Shown here: positions 60,389 to 64,000 of the stretch, in pieces | Layout: each line of letters opens with the position of its first letter | Numbering within the stretch: position 1 is the first letter of the stretch | DNA from: an uncultured Aliarcobacter sp. | GTDB lineage: Bacteria > Campylobacterota > Campylobacteria > Campylobacterales > Arcobacteraceae | Reading direction: 5' to 3' | DNA: 64,000 nt | NCBI GenBank assembly: GCA_963677435.1 | Contig: OY781945.1 | Coordinates: forward strand, 2,784,001 to 2,848,000 | Notes under the pieces: model-generated | What the model saw: only the letters and a program-made list of their open reading frames with translations | Told to the model about the DNA's origin: nothing | The model's database searches: none | Made by a program: the position numbers and the translations under genes

Positions 60389-61687
60389 TTAATTTTTTGT
60401 TAGATGGTCACATTTGTATTTTTTTGGTATGTTTGATTCTTTATTTAATGCAAACATATTTTGAACAGTTGAAACAACTAAATCACACTCCATATTTTTT
60501 GAAATATCTTTTAATTGTTTTGATGGATTATGTAAATATTCTGTGATTACTGTTTGACAAAGTTTTCTAATATTTTCTTCTTCCTCAGCTCTTATATAAC
60601 CTTTTTTTATGGCATTTTTAACTTTTTTATCGATAATTGTGTCACCTTTTATATAAAGGTTTTTTACAACTGGTTCTATTTCTAAAGATTTTAACCACTC
60701 AAAAAATTCCATTGACATTCGACTTACTATTCCATAAGCAGTTTTTGCTTGTTCAGCTCGTAAACTCATGTTTTCATTTACAATATCTTGTAAATCATCA
60801 ACAGAAAAAATTTCTAAACCACTTAATGAGATATTTTCATCAATATCCCTTGGAACTGCAATATCAAACCAATATCTATTAAAAGAAGCGCTTGGAGCAT
60901 TTTCTTTTGTGATTATTGGATATGGAGCTGAAGTTGCTGTTATCATAACAGGTACTTTTGCTAATAAATTTGTTAGTTCACTATATGGTTCAACATCAAC
61001 TTTTACTTCAAAGGTACTAGCTAAATTTTGAGCTTTTTTCATATCACGACTTGTAAGAACTACATCAAAACCAGATGAAATCAAGTGTTTAATTGTTAGT
61101 TCACTCATTTCACCAGCACCAATAACTAAAGCTTTTACACCTTTTGTATTTCCAATAATTTCTTTTGCTTTTGCAACGGCTGTTGAAGCTACAGAAACTG
61201 AACCAGTTCCTAAACTTGTTGCATTTCTAACATTTGCAGCACATTTAAAAGCATAATGCATAACTCTTGTTATATTTGTTGAACAATGTCCTTTTGCTTG
61301 TGAAAATCTAAAAGCATCTTTTAATTGTCCAACAATTTGTGTTTCACCAATTACTAAAGAATCCAAAGCAGATGCAACTGAAAAAAGATGATGAACTGCT
61401 CCATCATTATCGTAAATATCAGCTCTATCATATAAAGTATCAAAATCTAAACCTGAATATGCTGATAGTTTTTCTATAATATTTTTAGCACTACTTTTTA
61501 CATTTGAAGATCTAGTAACTATTTCAACTCTATTGCAAGTTGATAAAACTACAGCCTCTTTTGTATTTTCGTTTTCTAATATTTGTCTTAAATATCTATC
61601 TTTATCTTCTTCGCCATTAAAAGCTAGTTTTTCTCTCATTTTTATATCTATATTTTTGTGAGAAAAACTAATTACTAAATAACTCAT
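60389..61687 (-). CDS. hemA: Glutamyl-tRNA reductase
   Basis: STCNRVE, LDSLVIGETQI, IGAGEM, DIAVPRD. Confidence 0.97.
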   Translation of the reverse strand: MSYLVISFSHKNIDIKMREKLAFNGEEDKDRYLRQILENENTKEAVVLSTCNRVEIVTRSSNVKSSAKNIIEKLSAYSGLDFDTLYDRADIYDNDGAVHHLFSVASALDSLVIGETQIVGQLKDAFRFSQAKGHCSTNITRVMHYAFKCAANVRNATSLGTGSVSVASTAVAKAKEIIGNTKGVKALVIGAGEMSELTIKHLISSGFDVVLTSRDMKKAQNLASTFEVKVDVEPYSELTNLLAKVPVMITATSAPYPIITKENAPSASFNRYWFDIAVPRDIDENISLSGLEIFSVDDLQDIVNENMSLRAEQAKTAYGIVSRMSMEFFEWLKSLEIEPVVKNLYIKGDTIIDKKVKNAIKKGYIRAEEEENIRKLCQTVITEYLHNPSKQLKDISKNMECDLVVSTVQNMFALNKESNIPKKYKCDHLTKN

Positions 61688-62587
61688 TTAAAACTCTCTT
61701 TCTATCATAGCTTTCATAATCATCACAAGAGTTTGGCTATCTTTTTCATCAATTACCGCATTAATTGCTTCGTTTCCGATAGCTTTAGCTTGTAAAATTG
61801 AATCATTTAAAGCATTTGTAATATTCATTTGCTCTTTTATCCAAGTACTCTCATCTTGTGTTAACTCTTTTTTATATAAAGACTCTAATTTTATTTTATC
61901 TTCAACTCTTTCGTGAAGTAATAAATATGGAATTGTTACTTTTCCTTCAACAAAATCTAACATTGCTGGTTTTCCTAAAGTTGCTGAGTCTTGTGTAATA
62001 TCTAAAATATCATCTACCATTTGAAAAGCAAGTCCAAGATTTTTACCATATAAGGCATATTTATCAACATCTAGTCCAGCTAAGATTGCAGCTGCTTTTG
62101 CTGATGCTTCTATTAGAGAAGCTGTTTTTTTATAAATCATATCAAGATATAAATCATAAGATTTATTAAAACTATTTGTTAAATCAACATCAATCATTTC
62201 ACCAATACTAAGAAGTGTTACAGCATTTGCAATAGTATAAGCTACTCTTTTATCCATTTGTGAAAGTTCAGTAAAAGCACGTGAGTATAAAATATCTCCA
62301 AACATAATAGAAGTTTTATTATCATAAAGTGCATTAACTGATGGCTGACCACGTCTTGTATCTGCATCATCAATTACATCATCATGCAAAAGAGAAGCTG
62401 CGTGAATCATCTCAACAACAGCACAAAGTTTAATACTATCTTCATTTATTCCAGCAATTTTCAAAATAAGTTTAGAACGTAACATTTTTCCAGTTGCTAA
62501 CTTATCTAAAAGTTCTAAACTTTTTTTGTCATTACAAACTTCTACAAATTTTTTTATTTGTTCTTTTACTTGTTGTAACTCTTCCAC
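61688..62587 (-). CDS. ispB: Polyprenyl (octaprenyl-type) diphosphate synthase
   Basis: GKMLR, LLHDDVID...RRG, AFQMVDD. Confidence 0.9.
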   Translation of the reverse strand: MEELQQVKEQIKKFVEVCNDKKSLELLDKLATGKMLRSKLILKIAGINEDSIKLCAVVEMIHAASLLHDDVIDDADTRRGQPSVNALYDNKTSIMFGDILYSRAFTELSQMDKRVAYTIANAVTLLSIGEMIDVDLTNSFNKSYDLYLDMIYKKTASLIEASAKAAAILAGLDVDKYALYGKNLGLAFQMVDDILDITQDSATLGKPAMLDFVEGKVTIPYLLLHERVEDKIKLESLYKKELTQDESTWIKEQMNITNALNDSILQAKAIGNEAINAVIDEKDSQTLVMIMKAMIEREF

Positions 62588-62596
62588 TTTTAAACC

Positions 62597-62899
62597 TTAT
62601 GAATCTAATCTACAGATTATCTCACCTGTAAATTCAACATAAAGACCTTTTTTCATAGCTTTTACTTTTTCATAGTTTTCTAAAGTGTACTCTTTGATAA
62701 AATCATTTATATCAAAGTTTTCATCTTTGCCTTCACTAATTATCATTTCTAAAACAGCTAATTTTTCAACGATTTTATCAATCTCTTCTTCAACTATATC
62801 TTTTGAAGCTTCTCTTGAAACATCAAAAAATTTTGATTTTGGACTTCCCATAAAAATATCATCTTCATCTTCACTAAACCAATCTTTAAATGTTGACAT
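62597..62899 (-). CDS. DUF2018 family protein
   Basis: DIFMGSPKSKFFD motif; conserved position before ispB-hemA. Confidence 0.75.
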   Translation of the reverse strand: MSTFKDWFSEDEDDIFMGSPKSKFFDVSREASKDIVEEEIDKIVEKLAVLEMIISEGKDENFDINDFIKEYTLENYEKVKAMKKGLYVEFTGEIICRLDS

Positions 62900-62924
62900 C
62901 TATATTCCTTTATATTTTCTTTTA

Positions 62925-64000
62925 TTATTTGTTTTCTAATCTAACTCTAACAGCTTTTGCGTGAGCTGTTAATCCCTCAGTGTCAGCTAATAGCGCACAT
63001 GCTTCACCTAATTCATTTATTGCATTTTTTGAAAAATTGATAATTGAGCTTTTTTTCATAAAATTTTCTACATTTAAAGGACTATAAAATTTAGCTGTAC
63101 TTCCTGTAGGAAGAGTATGATTTGGACCAGCTAAATAATCACCTATTGGTTCAGGAGTATTTTCACCTAAGAAAATTGCACCTGCATGTTTAATAAATGG
63201 TAATAATTCAAATGGATTTTTTGTCATAACTTCTAAGTGTTCAGGAGCTATTTCATTCATTAATTCAAGTGCTTCTTCCATTGAAGAGGCAACTATAATT
63301 GCACCTCTATCTTCAATTGATTTTCTAGCAATCGTTTCTCTACTTAAACTTTTTAAATACTCTTCAACTTCATTACTTGTAAGTTGTGCAACTTCTTCAC
63401 AAGTTGTAATCATAATTGAACTTGCCATCTCATCATGTTCAGCTTGAGATAATAAATCTATTGCTAAATAGTGAGGTTTTGCTGTTTCATCTGCAAGTAT
63501 TCCAATCTCACTTGGCCCTGCAATCATATCAATATTTACTTCACCAAAAACAAGTTTTTTTGCAGTTGCAACAAAGATATTTCCAGGACCTGTAATTACA
63601 TCAACTTTTGGAATAGTTTGCGTTCCATATGCCATTGCAGCAATTGCAGATGCACCACCAACTTTATAAGCTTTTTTAATTCCACATAAGTGACAAGCAG
63701 CAAGTAAAAGTTCATTTACTTCATTATCAGGAGTTGGAGTACAAACAACTATCTCTTTTACACCTGCAACAATTGCAGGAATTGCATTCATTAAAAGTGA
63801 GCTAGGATAGGCAGCTTTTCCACCTGGAATATAAAGTCCTGCTCTATCAACAGGAGTTACTTTTTGTCCAAGAATTGTTCCATTTGATTCAAAATCTATC
63901 CATGATTTTGGAAGTTGTTTTTCGTGATAAGTTTTAATTCTATTAAAAGCTATATGTAAAGCATCTCTTAATTTTTCATCAATATTGTCATAGGCTTTTT
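62925..64000 (-). CDS. hisD: Histidinol dehydrogenase (5' end outside the window)
   Basis: GLYIPGGKAAYPSS, GPGNIFV, DMIAGPSE, QAEHD, APEHLE; the frame stays open beyond the track start at 63791. Confidence 0.97.
   Translation of the reverse strand, partial: KAYDNIDEKLRDALHIAFNRIKTYHEKQLPKSWIDFESNGTILGQKVTPVDRAGLYIPGGKAAYPSSLLMNAIPAIVAGVKEIVVCTPTPDNEVNELLLAACHLCGIKKAYKVGGASAIAAMAYGTQTIPKVDVITGPGNIFVATAKKLVFGEVNIDMIAGPSEIGILADETAKPHYLAIDLLSQAEHDEMASSIMITTCEEVAQLTSNEVEEYLKSLSRETIARKSIEDRGAIIVASSMEEALELMNEIAPEHLEVMTKNPFELLPFIKHAGAIFLGENTPEPIGDYLAGPNHTLPTGSTAKFYSPLNVENFMKKSSIINFSKNAINELGEACALLADTEGLTAHAKAVRVRLENK

Noticed and set aside
1761..63689. Many short track ORFs antisense to or nested in long genes (e.g. 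1761-2258, 5314-5616, 16090-16590, 26949-27263, 52178-52486, 63471-63689)
   Set aside because: Shadow frames of well-supported genes with no recognisable motifs.

Overview
Very AT-rich chromosomal DNA whose gene set and order (hisD-DUF2018-ispB-hemA-proS; lnt/yajC-secD-secF; leuS-lptE-folC) point to Campylobacterota, most likely Arcobacteraceae (inferred, not database-checked). Bases 1-40.2 kb form an iron-homeostasis region: four TonB-dependent receptors (TBDRs), PepSY-TM proteins, piuC, three two-component systems, fumC, a Fur paralogue, tonB-exbB-exbD, a MacAB-TolC-like exporter and about 12 Fur-box-like 7-1-7 palindromes. Four things stand out. (1) A Fur-linked operon at 28.3-33.5 kb has the hallmarks of a ferrosome (fez) iron-storage organelle cluster: a P1B-6-type ATPase with SCA/HNxxT/ExxE motifs, an HMA-like protein, a ferritin-like protein with a hydrophobic tail, several small GxxxG proteins and two small ORFs missing from the track. 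(2) An unannotated hemP/hmuP gene is followed by a 41-nt TAGCCAGC direct-repeat element that recurs (37/41 identical) in the leader of a second TBDR 7 kb away, suggesting a HemP regulon acting on non-haem receptors. (3) An inverted pair of covarying structured non-coding elements lies at 49.4-49.8 kb next to a gene remnant. (4) Two enzyme-derived proteins look catalytically dead: an IS1595-like protein with no DDE core, and an AEP-primase-like domain fused to a helicase. Bases 40-64 kb are mostly housekeeping. No rRNA, tRNA or CRISPR array was seen.
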